This document shows positions 44,746 through 58,600 of a stretch of DNA of 64,000 nt, one piece after another (position 1 is the stretch's first letter; each line of letters begins with the position of its first letter). The DNA is from Euglena gracilis. Its lineage: Eukaryota. The translations under genes were made by a program, and so were the position numbers. The stretch covers positions 13,806,387 through 13,870,386 of the forward strand of contig CP154954.1 in the NCBI GenBank assembly GCA_039621445.1. The letters run 5' to 3'. The notes beneath the pieces were generated by a model that saw nothing but the letters and a program-made list of their open reading frames with translations, ran no database searches and was not told the DNA's origin.

Positions 44746-45066
44746 TACCGTGCCCCCCCCCCAGTTAGTCACCCCCTTGGAGGGGAATTTGGCCAAGGGT
44801 GACTAATATGGGGGGGGGTGACTAACTCGGGGGGGGGGGTCATTTTAGGCCCAAATTTTGCCCCCTGCCCCAATTCTTGGGGGTTTCAAGGTTGTTTTGG
44901 GCATTCTAGGGCACATTTAATGGATGGCAACCATCAAGAAAATTCTGATGGCCAAATTCAGTGTTTTTTTAAGAAAAATATTTCCCTTCAAAAAAAATTT
45001 TGGGCCTAGGGCCCAAGGGTGACTAATAGGGGGGGGGGGGGTGACTAACTGGGGGGGGGCATGGTA
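44746..45066. mobile_element. TA-flanked MITE (second copy 46863-47181)
   Basis: TA-ccgtgccccccccc-agttagtcacccc ... ggggtgactaact-ggggggggg-catgg-TA. Confidence 0.75.
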
Positions 45067-45239
45067 GTTCTGAGCCATACACAGTACTATGCTGGGTGGT
45101 GATCCTAAAAGGGCCAACGGCCTGAATTAGGATTCCCACGCTCTACTGAGCAAAGCCTTATTCTGCTTCTCCTCTCCACAGGCGGTGCGCTTTGATATTC
45201 GCTTTTAAATATAAGTGTAGTATAGGAGAGTATATTCTA

Positions 45240-45465
45240 GTATATAGTATAGTTAATAGTATAGTATAGTATAGTATAGTATAGTATAGTATAGTATAGT
45301 ATAGTATAGTATAGTATAGTATAGTGTAGTATAGTATAGTATAGTATAGTATAGTATAGTATAGTATAGTATAGTATAGTATTAGTATAGTATTAGTATA
45401 GTATAGTATAGTTATAGTATAGTATAGTATCGTATAGTATTAGTATGGTATGGTATGGTATGGTA
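45240..45465. repeat. (TAGTA)n microsatellite grading into (TGGTA)n
   Basis: Direct reading. Confidence 0.95.
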
Positions 45466-47344
45466 TGGCAAAACAGTCAGCCAAGTGAAAGCTGATGATA
45501 CATTGGCAAGATGGTGCGGAGAAAAAGTGCTCTTCAAGGCCTGGAAGGTTTGGTTTCCCGAGAAGATGTAAAAGTGGAGGTTTTTTCAAAATGTTTTAAA
45601 GATTTGTTCCCAGAACAGGGCCTTTAAATGGTGATGAATGGGCAATTTTCTGTCCCACCCGTGAGCGGTGCGTTGGTCTAGCATTTGAACCAGCAGATCC
45701 GTGAAAGCCCTGAGACGTGGTAAGGCAGGGAGGAAACTTCTGCCTTGCCAGCAGTTGCCTCAAAAATTGTCCTAGTTCTTTCTGCACCGTCTTCGATTTT
45801 GCAGTGGGCACCTGCAAAAGACCCCTTTCCTGGTTTAAAAGCCCAGATGATGCACCAACTGGCTTGGGTGGTGTTTGACTTTTGAAGCTTATGGTGATGC
45901 TACTGTCCTCCAAATCATTGCATTGCATTGCATTTCTGCCAAACTTTTGCATTTGCACCTGCACTTGCAAAATATCGTCGAGATAAATGAAAACAGGGTA
46001 TTTTGCCCAAAACAAGCCCCTTCCATCTGAAAATCTCTGTCCCCCAATTTCATCTTTACCTCCTGGTCTAAGCACCATCCCCCCGGTTCTTACCCATGTC
46101 TTTAAAGGTTATCATCACAGGGAGGTTTCTTTTGTGTGCATCTTTAAGGAAAATTTCTCAAAAATTTCGAAATTTCTGCAACTTCTGAGACCTGATTTGG
46201 TGTGATATTGTAGATTTCTGCATCCAAATGTGTGTGAGTTCAACAGTGGACCTCCAAAATAAGGGGAATTTTTCTTTTTCGGTGCGAAGCGCCGAATTTT
46301 TTATTGGCAGTCAAAAATTTCACCCTTATCTAAGCACCACCCCCTGGTTTTTACCCATACTTTGGCAATATAAGCAGCCCCCCCCGGTTCCCACCCATCT
46401 TTTCTGGTGCTTAGACAAAGGGGGGGGGAGGTATGAATGGTTTTCGGACTGGAGACAACTGCAAGTGAAAATAAGTGTTTGAGGTCTATCTTGGTGGCCC
46501 CCCTGACACATTCCCCGACACTCGGAAATTAGTCTGAGTTCCCCCTCTCCTCGGGCTCTCATTTCCTTAGAGCAAACCGTAGAACTACATATTTTGTGCC
46601 CCAGAATGGAACCGCCCACTCTGCCATCACTGGTAAGGCCAGCTCTATCTCCTCGTGAGATTTTTTGCTGTTCCCTGACATGCAGATGCTCTCCTTGAAA
46701 ATGGGGTTCTACCGCTTTCCTGATCAGCAACTGAATTTTGTGGGGGCATTTTTCTCCCACCATGGAAAACAATGCCTCAGTCTTTGAAAGGGGCAAGTGT
46801 GAACCAGGCAGCCGTAAGGCTATGGTGATGTGTGTGTAGGTATCAGCCTACGCCCAGATATATACCGTGCCCCCCCCCCCCAGTTAGTCACCGCCTTGGA
46901 GGGGAATTTGGCCAAGGGTGACTAATATGGGGGGGGGGTGACTAACTCGGGGGGGGGGGGTCATTTTAGGCCCAAATTTTGCCCCCTGCCCCAATTCTTG
47001 GGGGTTCCAAGGTTGTTTTTGGGCTAGGGCACGTTTCATGGATGGCAACCATCAAGAAAATTCCGATGGCCAAATTCAGTGTTTTTTTAAGAAAAATATT
47101 TCCCTTCAAAAAAAATTTTGGGCCTAGGGCCCAAGGGTGACTAATAGGGGGGGGGGTGACTAACTGGGGGGGGGCATGGTAGTTCTGAGCCATACACAGT
47201 ACTATGCTAGGTGGCGATCCTAAAAGGGCCAACGGCCTGAATTAGGATTCCCACGCTCTACTCAGCAAAGCCTTATTCTGCTTCTCCTCTCCACATGCGG
47301 TGCGCTTTGATATTCGCTTTTAAATATAAGTGTAGTATAGGAGA

Positions 47345-47582
47345 GTATAGTATATTATATAGTATAGTTATTAGTATAGTATAGTATAGTATAGTATAGT
47401 ATAGTATAGTATAGTATAGTATAGTATAGTATAGTATAGTGTAGTATAGTATAGTATAGTATAGTATAGTATAGTATAGTATAGTATAGTATAGTATAGT
47501 ATAGTATAGTATAGTATAGTATAGTATAGTATAGTATAGTATAGTATAGTATAGTATAGTATAGTATAGTATAGTATAGTAG
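47345..47582. repeat. (TAGTA)n microsatellite
   Basis: Direct reading. Confidence 0.95.
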
Positions 47583-47704
47583 CCTTGGCCCCCCCCATAT
47601 TGTAACACCCCCATAATGTACCTCCCCCCCCCAGAAAATGGCTCCCATGGGGGTACAATATGGGCGGGGGCATGGTAGTATAGTTTAGTATAGTAGCAAG
47701 AGTT

Positions 47705-47940
47705 GTTGTTGATGGTCAAACACCTGCGCAGAACGAGGGGGGGCTGGGGGGGGGTGAGGGGGCTGAACGGTAGACAAGAATGACCCCGTTTTGGACATTG
47801 TTGATGGTCAAACACCTCGACACGAGGAAAAATCCATGCAGGGGGGGGGTGAGGGGGCTGAACGGCAGACAAGAATGATCCCTTTTTGGACATTGTTGAT
47901 GGTCAAACACCTTGACACGAGGAAAAATCCATGCATGGGG
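47705..47940. repeat. Tandem repeat, ~3 copies of a ~94-bp unit
   Basis: tgttgatggtcaaacacc recurs at ~47707, 47799 and 47894. Confidence 0.85.
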
Positions 47941-49034
47941 GGAGGGCACCTGCTCACAGCTGATGCTTAGTCAAACTCCTTGCAAACTTCTGCTGCTCCT
48001 GGGGACACCTCCTCTGGAAATTGAAGGTGAAAATTGGAGGGGACGAATATCATCTGCAGCCAATTGCTCCTCTCTGATGCGGGGGGGGGGGGTTGGGGGG
48101 AAGACATTTTGGGAAAACACCTGGAAGGCTGTTCCTCCCTGGTCTCTTGCTCTCCTTCCCCTTCTTCGTCTTCTTCAACAATCCCTTCTTCTTGATCTTC
48201 TTCTTCTTGTACAATCTGTTCTTCTTGTTGAACGATTGCATTGGAACTGAGGAAGTAAGCAAGGAGAAAGAGGGCTGTGAATTGTTGCACACCTGGAGGC
48301 TTCATCTGCGGGATCTGCAACTTCTTCATCCACCTGCACAACTTCTTCATCCACACACATGGGCAGGTCTTCGTCCCCAATGTCATTGTCCGTCACCAAT
48401 GTATCCGCAGCAGCCTGTGATGGGATGCAAGAAAAATGAGGATGGGAGTAAGAAAAAAAAGAACACCTTGCCTAAGACAATCTCAAAGCTTGAATTGACC
48501 CAAGTTGATCCTTTCCTGGACAATCATTGCCTTGTGATCACTGGAATACTTCAACCAGGGGCGGTCAATTGGTTTCACACTGACACTTTGCTTTGTTTCG
48601 ATGAAATTCTCCCTCAGTATTCTTTGCAGGTGGTGCGTTCCATGGGGTTGCTTCACGACAAACCGGTCCGTCCTGAATATTAGGGATCACCAACGGTACG
48701 TTATACATTTCACGTTTTTTCGCGAATATTTGTGAACACCAAAATGCGCAGGTCACCCTCCTGCGCATTAAAGTGATTGCAATTAAAGTCATCGCGCATT
48801 AATTGGCAGACCGGTAGTATAGTATAGTATAGTTTTGTATAGTATAGTATAGTATAGTATAGTATAGTATAGTATAGTATAGTATAGTATAGTATAGTAT
48901 AGTATAGTATAGTATAGTATAGTATAGTATAGTATAGTATAGTATAGTATAGTATAGTATAGTATAGTATAGTATAGTATAGTATAGTATAGTATAGTAT
49001 AGTATAGAATAGTATAGTATAGTATAGTATAGTA

Positions 49035-49256
49035 TACCATGCCCCCCCCATATTGTACCCCCCCTGGGAGCCATTTTCTGGGGGGGAGGTACATTATGGG
49101 GGGGTACAATATGAGGGGGGCCAAGGTCATGGTCATGGTCCTTTAATTTTCTTCATAAGGAAATTGGGGGGGGGGGGGGGGGGGGGTTGGGGGGTTTTAT
49201 GGGGGGGGGGGGGGGGTGGGGGGGGGGGGGTACATTATGGGGGGGGGGGCATGGTA
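49035..49256. mobile_element. TA-flanked MITE inserted in (TAGTA)n
   Basis: TA-ccatgcccccccc-atattgtacccccc ... ggggggtacattat-ggggggg-catgg-TA. Confidence 0.75.
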
Positions 49257-49536
49257 GTATAGTATAGTATAGTATAGTATAGTATAGTATAGTATAGTAT
49301 AGTATAGTATAGTATAGTATAGTATAGTATAGTATAGTATAGTATAGTATAGTATAGTATAGTATAGTATAGTATAGTATAGTATAGTATAGTATAGTAT
49401 AGTATAGTATAGTATAGTATAGTTTAGTATAGTATAGTATAGTATAGTATAGTATAGTATAGTATAGTATAGTATAGTATAGTATAGTATAGTAGAGTAT
49501 AGTATAGTATAGTACAGTATAGTATAGTATAGTACA

Positions 49537-51065
49537 GGGGGCGTTTGGCCGGACCAACTTAGCCGGCTGGCCAGACCAACCTAGCCGGCTGGCAGACCAA
49601 CCTAGCCAGCCAACATGCCTGCCCCCAGCTGTCCGTCCAGATGAAAGCCACTTTCACTAGCCGCCCGGCTATCCAGACCAAACAATACGCACGCCACACG
49701 CAGTCATGGCTGGAGCAGGAAAAAGTGTGTGTGTTCTGGACGGGACTAAGTTCGCCCGTGCCAAAACTTGCTCGCACAAGGTCACCGGGCTGAATGTTTA
49801 GACCGAACTGCGGCCCGCCTGTTGGCTTTATCCCACGGGTGCTCCGGACAAAAAAATAAACCTGACGGAGGGAGGCCCCCCCCCAAAAAAACTGGTCCCC
49901 ACGTGTGGCACCAAAACTGGTTCCCACCTGTGGCATAAAAAGTGCTTCCCAAACTGGGGCAGTCTCAAAGAATTCTTTTAGAACAAAAACCAACACGTGG
50001 GCCCACGGTCTGGCCCAAGATGGCACCAAACTAGGGGGGGGGGGGGGCTCAACAGAATGTTTTCAGAACAAGAACGCTACAACAAAGCCTTTTTCTTGGC
50101 AAAAAAACAATCAAACAACCTTGTTGAACTGCAAAGGCAAAAAGCAAAGGTGAACATTGCAACAAAGAAGAGAGCACATTTTACAGCAACAGGGTCCTGT
50201 GTTTTTCTGTAAAATGCCAAAGGACCCTGACAAAGACAAAAACAGTTTAAAATCCTTCACTTCATTACTCTTCGTCTCGTCTTGGTTCATCTTCTGCTTC
50301 TTCAAACTTCAACCTGTGAGGCAAGGATGACAGACGAAAGAAAAAAAAAAGATGACAGGCAATGTAATACAAAAAAACATGACGCAATGGCAGTTCGGCG
50401 GTTCAATTTACAGATTTGCAGTTTGAAGGCGAGGAAAGTAAATTGGAAAGCAAGAAAACACAGAGTGCAAGGTCAAAATGTCCCCAAATCAGCAGGCCCA
50501 AGACACAGAACTGCAGCTGGAGCTCTGTGAAATGGCAGCAAAAGTTCCAAAACTGTAAAACACGACCAGAAAACCACGAGGACGCTGAGAAAATGATATA
50601 AAAAACAGACAACAGAAGACATGCCACACAAGAGGGTGGGACTCAAAATTGTCACCCAGCGGACCAAATTTTGGAGAAAATGCCAAATTTTTGAAAGTGG
50701 TCCAGATGCACTAGAAAAGACCAATAGAATCATTCTTTAAAAGACACTTTTAGATGGGCGTACCTGCTTCACTGTTCAAAAACTCTTGCATAACTGCATT
50801 CCTTGTCCTTCAAATAGTTTGTACCTGAAGTCAGAATAAAGATAAACAAGGAATTCCAAGAGGGAGAAACACCTTTCTGACTTACAATTAGGAAATACCA
50901 GGCGTGGTCGCCTGCGCTGGACCTTTCGCGATTTTTGAGACCAACCTAGCAGTCCGTCCGTCCAGCCAAAATGCACCCTGTCCAGCCGTCCGTCCAGGTG
51001 AAAGGAATTTTCTCTAGCCGTCCGTCCGTCCGTCCGTCCGTCCGTCCGTCCGTCCGCACGCCTCC
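49537..51065. mobile_element. Non-autonomous TIR DNA transposon, copy 2, with 3-bp TSD ACA
   Basis: Homologous to 9979-11454 end to end; aca|gggggcgtttgg ... ccgcacgcctcc|aca. Confidence 0.8.
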
Positions 51066-52630
51066 ACAGTATAGTATAGTATAGTATAGTATAGTATAGT
51101 ATAGTATAGTATAGTATAGTATAGTATAGTATAGTATTGTATAGTATAGTATAGTATAGTGTAGTGTAGTATAGTGTAGTGTAGTGTAGTGTAGTGTAGT
51201 GTAGTGTAGTGTAGTGTAGTGTAGTGTAGTGTAGTGTAGTGTAGTGTAGTGTAGTGTAGTGTAGTAGAGTATAGTATACATATAAGTTACAGTGTAGTCT
51301 AATTCGTGGGGCACCTAGGTCCCACCTCGAGCTGTCCCCCCCCCTCCCCCCGCACTGTTCCCATTGAGACGTAAAGGTTCTTGGGACGGGAATAGCTCAG
51401 GGCTCGGGGGGGGGGGGGCATGGTATGTTTGTATATACAATGCACACATGCATAATATTTCAGAGAGATATATCTTCCTCTTTTATGTGGGCAAACACAC
51501 AAATGCATTTGAGGAATGCCGAGGGCGGATGGGGTTTGCTGGTATTCAGACCATACTTTCAGCTATTATACAGCAAAACACATGTTTCTTTTAACCTTGA
51601 TATGTGCGGTTCAGGGAGCCTAAAGCTGGTGAGGACCCTGACCCTATCGGGGATCCAATCAGCCAACAATAACTACCAGCCGGGGGGGGGGGGTCCGGCA
51701 AAGCTATGTCGGGTTGGACCGATGTTTATTTTAAAAGGGGACTGAAAGGGCCAAAATTATCGTTCTGAGTATTGTTTGGGGTGATTTCAGCTCAAAGTAT
51801 TTTTTTGGGGGCGAGAATTTTTCAACCCAGCTGGGTTTGGGCTTTAGTCTGTCAGGGTTGACATTTTTTTGCACCTGTTGAGTCGGATCATATGGCACCT
51901 CGACAAATGTTTGCGGCGGGTGTTCTCAATTGGAGCACTGTTTGGCGCGAGATTCAAGGGGGGTGACATCCAAACGAAATGGAGAATTTCTTGAGGAACC
52001 CAGTGGGGAGATGGGTCCAGCAAGCCAGCTGGAAACAGGACCAGGGGGCTTATTTTTTTAGTCTTGGACCCCCTCCCCCCCGGGGGGGAAGGGGGTAGGG
52101 TGGGTGGGTCTCTTGGACCCCCTGGTAGGTATAACCTTTTCGGTGCCGAAGGTGCCAAAATTTTGAAAAGGGTGCTATTTTTAGCATTTTGGCCATTTTC
52201 GGGCAAAAGTGGTTGGGTCCCCTGGGACCCCCCCCCCGGGGGGCCCACCCCAGGGGAGGGGGTGGGTGGGTGCCGACCCCCTGCCCCCCTCCCCCCCCCG
52301 TCTTAAAAAAACCCCTGAACAGGTCCTGGCTGAAAAAAGGGTGTTGCCGTGGAGCCTCCTCCACGTCATCAATTTTGTTGAACTCGACCACGTGGACACC
52401 TTTGAACTCCAACCAAATCTTTTTTTTGATGATGATCAGAATGTGAAAACAATTTGTGATCATTTGAAGGAATTGGGGGTTAAGACTTCAAGCCCACAGT
52501 TGAATTTTTTCCGAAGAGCGTTGTTATATTTGCCTTGACAGGGTTAGCAACATGGGGTGACCCGAGTGGGGCGGTTTTGGTGGTCGACCCGATGGCCACC
52601 CACTTTCTCTGCAGGGAGGTTCTCTGCTGC

Positions 52631-55600
52631 ATGGAGATCCGCATCCCGTTCACCTTTGTACTGACCCTTGTGCCCTGGCAGGGTCTCCAATTCCCCAGCC
52701 CATGAACTGGATTTTTCTGTTGATTCGCAGCAGGTTTTCTCCGCCTCCGCTTCAGTCTCTCTTGTACCCCCCCCCCACCCCTTTGCCCACCGACACCCCA
52801 TGGTCATGAGTTGTAGGTAAGGAGGAGCGTACGATTACCCTCCTGGTCAGGGGTTGTAGATTGGGGGGTGTACGACCCCCCCCCCCGCCCCGCCCCTGGT
52901 CAGTAGGAACCCCCGACCATAACCCGCCCGGTCAGTGGGGGGGGGGGGGGGCCGTAAGCCCACCTCCCCCGGAATATGCGACCCTGGGAGCACCTGTTGG
53001 AGGCAGTCAACAGTGGGGCCTCCATCTCTCCATTTGGGGGCGTCCTTTGTATTGTCTGTTGTGCCATACTTGCACCTATTATTTCTAATGCAAATGCGCC
53101 CAGGAACAGCACAGTGTCTTTGTCATCCACAGCGTTCCCCTTGGGTCTTATCCTGAGCTCGAATGGACCCTTTGGCCCGAGTAATTTTTTTGGAATTCGG
53201 ACAGTTTGCGGACAGCTGCTTCCCATGCAGACAGGCAACGCTGCCAGGTGTCAACCCTCGCCCTGTCGCTGGTGCCGGCCATCGTTATCTGGGTGGTATT
53301 TATGGACCTCATGACGTCCTCTGTGGACCTGCTGCGAGGCACCACGCAGGACTCCATGGACTCAATGGTCCAGAACATCGTGGGTGTGTTGATGTCCAGG
53401 TTGAGGTGGATCCCCCCAGACATTCAACAGAGGGCAGGAGGGAAAATTATGTTGTTTCATAAATTGGTTTATTTTTTGAACAATTCAAGAAAATATGTAT
53501 CTGGGAGAATTTTCTTTTTTTTGCATAATCTCTTTTCGACCTCACAATTTTTGAAAAGAATATGAATCTCCAACAGAAATCTGCTCCTTAGGAATTCCGT
53601 TCCCTTAGTTTTTTGTTCTTTATTTTAGTATTGTGCAGCATAGCATTATTGCAATTTTGCTGCTTTGAAAAGCATGTCACAATTTGTTGTAAATTATGCA
53701 AGTTAAAAGTTGTATCATGAAATGCAGGGTATCGAAATGACATGCATTGCAACCATTTTTTTGGTATTCCATCCCATTCTTTTTTCTATGCATTCTTGCA
53801 TTTATTTTGATTTTTTATGGGATGTAAGTATGCATGCTTTTTTTCCCAAAAGAGATTGAGATTTTTTTTGTTGAAGAATTCTGCGAATTAATCACGTGGC
53901 ATAATTTAAAAAAAACCGGAAGGTTTCTCCAGAATTTCACACAGAATTTGCATTTCTGGCTTTGCATGATTTTTTGCATGTTTTTGCATAACAACCTGCT
54001 TTGCCTTTTTGCCCCTCCGCTGCCTCCCCTGCTCACAAACTGGCCTCCCCAATGCCCTACCCCCACCCTGGAATCGAACCAATCGATTGACCGGTTCGAT
54101 GCATTACTGGCGGAGGGCGAGAGTGAGAACACGGAGCTATCGTTGATGGTGCAGGGCAGTGGGGTGCTAGCCTACGGCCAGGCGCCTGCTGGCGTCCTTG
54201 GTTACACATGTGTTTTTTTGGAAGATGTGGTCCATGCGGGCAATGACCCTGAACATGTTCCTGATCCCTCTGCTTTGCGTCTTTGACAAAGAAAAGGTGT
54301 TTTTGCAGGATGGTGGGATTGGGCACAGGCTTCTTTTTAAGTCAGAAGACCCCCCTGGGGGGGGGATGGGTCCGGGGCTGGACCCCGCGGGGGGGGGGGT
54401 CCTGGGCCAGATGCCTGGTTATGGGTTTCAGCACGAAGTGCCAGAAATTCTTTGGGAAATGGCCTCAGACGGCGCGGTTTTTGGGAGCCCCCCCCCCTGG
54501 GTCCTGCGCCGGGCTAGGTGGGTGGGGGGCTAAAAACAAGCCTGGATTTGTATCGACCATGCGGCAACGTTTGGGTAGCCACTGGCTCGTGGTTCTTGCG
54601 TGGACCCCTTTTCCAGGACGGAATTTTGGTTGATTTTGGGGTTGCGAAGAAAGAACTCATTGGCCCTGACCACCAGCCCGGGGCAAATGCAAACAAAATC
54701 GCATTGAGAGCGCAGGGCCCTGGCAACGACCTTCGCCCGCCGCGATTCGATATCCCACGGCTGGGTCTGCCCACTTCTGCCGCTGGTGGCAATGGGATTG
54801 GAAAGTCCCTGTGTCCTGGACTCAGACTGGTCAGCCGCATGGCCCAGCAATGTTCTTACTGTGTTATTATTTTTCAATCTTTTATTATGTTAGTTCATAA
54901 TTATTATATTTTACATCATTATTGTATCATAGCATTATATTATTAATTATTATCCTAATATAATTTCAGATTTTTTATTTTATTTTTGTATCATATTCTT
55001 TATTCCCAACCCTGAACCGAAATCCCTGTGCCTGTTTTTTTGTGACAAATTTGTGACAAAAGTCTCTTCAAACTTCCTGGTAAAGTTGTGATTCCATTTG
55101 GTTTCGCCTGAAATACTTTTCCAGACCAACAGCATTGCATGCTTTCTTGCAAATTTCCGTTTACACCATTCGAAGCCGAAGGGAGTTATATGACTTGCAC
55201 CGTGGAATAACCCCCCCCCCCCCCACCAGTCATAAACCCTCTCCGCTCCCTTTTTGTTCAAACCCAATCGAGGAAGATTACTTGGCAGGCTACTTGTCCA
55301 GTCAGAAGACCCCCAGGGTGGGGGGGATGGGGGCAGGCATCTGCTTAAGGGATTGCAGTACCCCCCCCCGGGGGGGGCTGGACTGCAGCTAGTCCAAATT
55401 TGGCTAGTGGGTTTTCTAGCAAACCCCCCCCCCCCCACGGGGGTCTGCTAGCAGGGCTAGCTAGTGGAAATTTTTTTTCCAATGACCGGCGCGAAGCGCC
55501 GAAAAATTTTTTGGGACCCCCAAAAATGGCCAAAAATGCCCGTTTTTGGCCATTTTTGGGAATTTTTGGAACAAAATCAGCCAAAAACCTGTTAAAAACC

Positions 55601-58600
55601 TCATTTTTCCAGTCCGGGGGACCCCGGACCCCCCCCCCCCCGGGGGGGGGGGGAGGGGGGGTTTAGCTATGCCACTTTTTCCGGGTTCTAGGCGATTGGC
55701 TAGCCCGTACCCCCCCCCCCCCCCGGGGTCCTTAAGCAAATGCCTGGATGGGGGGGGTCCAGGGCCGGACCCCCCCCCCCCCCGCCTGGCGGGGTCCTGC
55801 ACCGGGCTGAGTGGGTGGGGTGTGGACCCCCCCTCCCCAGGGGTATTAAAAAGATGTCTGGTATTTGGCCCGTCTCTGATGTGGGCGGAGACATGGTTGT
55901 TTTTTTTGTTCTCTTCTCCAACATGAGTTGTATTGGGACTTGCTGCCATTTCAGGTGGCCATGTCCTGATGGTTCGGGAGTGGATACCATGTTTGTGTGT
56001 GCCAGTGCTGTCTTTGCCTGTGTCTGGAAGAGGGCAGGGGTGCCAGGCAGCCGCTTTCACTGGCCAGACTTTCACCTTAATGCAAGGCCACCCGGTGTTC
56101 TCCCAGGTGTCGGTGATCGGCAGTTTCCAGGACCCCACGGATGACCAGGCGCGACTTCCTCTTTTGATGAACGTCTCCGCAACCTTTCACATCTTCTTCT
56201 TTGAGGTGTGGAATTCGCCCTTTAACTGGTGATTTTTCGAATGGTGTTTGCAAATGCGTGTGTACCTGTCCCATCTTGAGGTTGCCATTATCCTGCTGGG
56301 GAGGTGTCACATGGTCCCTCTGACGTGCAAGGTGAGGTGGGTATAGTTGCATTCAGGTGTCAAAGTCAAGTTGACCACCTGGAGAATAAAAGCTGGGTCT
56401 CATTGGCGGGTCATATTGCGAGGGTGGGATGCAAACTCTTTTTTTTTTTTGTGTTTTTGATGTTGCCAAAATTTGTGGATTTTTTGTATTCTTTCCCCGC
56501 TGGTTTATTGATTTTGAGAAATTCTGCATTTTGGCCCCGATTTTCCCCCTAGACCATTTTTTTTGTTAAAGTTTTGTCATTTGTGGCTTTTGCCCTCAAA
56601 TTGCACATCTTTCGATCCAGGATGCTCCCAAAATCTACATAAAAAATGCATAATGAAAAATTTTTCCTGGAGAAGGTGGAAACTTTTCGAAGTCTTCTCC
56701 TGCAGAAAAGAGCACATCCCCAGGCATTTTTGAAGGAATTTTCTGCATACTGTGTATGACCAGGTTATTCAATGGGGGCGGGTTTATGTATGGTGTCGAA
56801 GGACTTTGTATCAGGGGTTTATGCCAAAGGGGTTGGCAAGAACCTCCCCCAGATTCCTCCAAAGGCCCAATGGTGTGATCTGAGGGGGCTGAGTAAGGGG
56901 AATATGGGGACGATTGGATGGGGTTTGAGGCAAAATTACGAGTCTTGTTCCCCATCGACCCAATACTCTCTACAAAAAGTCCCAAATACACATCCGTTGA
57001 GCTTTTCTGACCTCAATGATACCTCAATGTCACTATTTGGTCAAAATTCAAAGGAGAAAGAGTCAATAACAAAAACTTTGCAACAAAGACAGGCAAGTTA
57101 CCTGGTTTTTTTCAAAAAAATCGAGCCAAGTTTTAAAATCGCGAACAAACACATTTATTCTTGTTTCCAAACCGCATACGTTGTGCATTGACACAAACTT
57201 GCCAAATTTGTCTTTGAGGAAGGGTTTTCAAGAAGAGCTTGTCCAGTTGATGCTTTTTGTGATTTCAATTTTCTCATTTTTTTTTTTGGATATTGAGGCG
57301 ACATTCAGGTTGAGGTTGAGGTTGAGGTTGTCGACATTGAGGTTGTCGACATTGAGGTTGAGGTTTTTTTTTTGCAAACCTCAATCCAGCCCTGTGTTCA
57401 ATACTATATTCATATTTTATTAGAAATAATAATTTGATTGGTTGCATCCATGATGACAGGAGCAGAGAAACATTCAAGAAAGTTTCCGACAGTGCACACT
57501 GTCCCAGTTGCATATACATGTGCGCAAACACATATGCAAATACAGTGACTGCTTGCAGTTGCCACCAGGGCGTTTTTTTTTTTTAAACAACCCTCAGGGG
57601 GTCCAGCTCAGAGGCTGAAAAATTTGGGCTGGCTGGAATAAGGTTGCTGGCTGACCCTCCCGCGCCGCTAGAGGTCCCAGGCTGGAGCTGGGGCCGGCCC
57701 AAGGTCGAACTAGGTACCAAAAAATTGAAAGCGCAAAAAAAATGTCCAAAAAAACTGCCAATTATGCAAAAAAAAATATTTTTTTGGCCCCTATTTTTTC
57801 CAATCTCAATCTGACCCATTTTCGCGCATTTTTGACCTATTTTTTGGCCCATTTTTTTTTGGTTTCCTTGCCCCCAGGGCAAGAAAACTTGACCCCACCC
57901 CCTGGGGGGGTCAGCCAGCAGCCTTTTTCCAGCCAGTTGCCTTCTTCCGGCCCTGATATTTTTACTTCTTTATTTATTTATTTATTTAGGTTTTTTTTAT
58001 TTCCAGCCACTCTTCGGGTGGCTGCATGGTAATGGCTTTTTCACTTTCCGGGCATAAAAAATCATTCTTTTTGAAAAGTCGCAACATCCGCCCCAAAAAT
58101 TCATCGCCTGGCCCTTAATTGCACCGGGGGGGGGGGCTTTGTGTTTTTCTGGTTGGTGTTAGATTAGTAACGTGGCAAAACGTTGCCAAATTTTTCACCT
58201 GTGGTCATATAAATCAGATTGTTGGTGGATTTTGAGGATTGTCTTCCGTCGCGCTGCATTTCTTTCAACACAAAGCAATGTGTCTGGTTACCCGTCCAAG
58301 GTTTCGCGTTGCCCCTGCCCCTGGTTCCTACATCCCCACTTTCTTTGTGACGTTCGTGGCGTTCTACAACAATTTCCTCAACAGCACCTTCGGGAACCGC
58401 ACAGTGTACAGCACCCCAATGGCGATGGCCGCCAACGAAAAGGTGTCAGTTCTGGGCTGGGGCCGCCCTGAAATGTTCCGTTCTCTGTTTTTTTTTATTG
58501 CAACAAATGAAAGAAGAAAGAAGCAAAAGAGAAGTTTTGTTTCCTGAAAGAAAAATATTATTTTCTTTTGGAGGAAACACCTGTTCGTTGTATTACTTTT

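Larger units (their letters stand above)
42748..47582. repeat. Tandem segmental duplication (unit 1 42748-45465; unit 2 45466-47582), each ending in (TAGTA)n
   Basis: tggcaaaacagtcagccaagtgaaagctgatgatac starts both units. They are colinear, with scattered SNPs, a short deletion in unit 2 and one replaced internal segment. Confidence 0.92.
48815..51276. repeat. One (TAGTA)n/(TAGTG)n array split by two insertions (tracts 48815-49034, 49257-49536, 51066-51276)
   Basis: The microsatellite resumes on both sides of the MITE at 49035-49256 and of the element at 49537-51065. Confidence 0.9.

Noticed and set aside
47273-51314. YYTIL-repeat ORFs
   Set aside because: Translations of the (TAGTA)n microsatellites.
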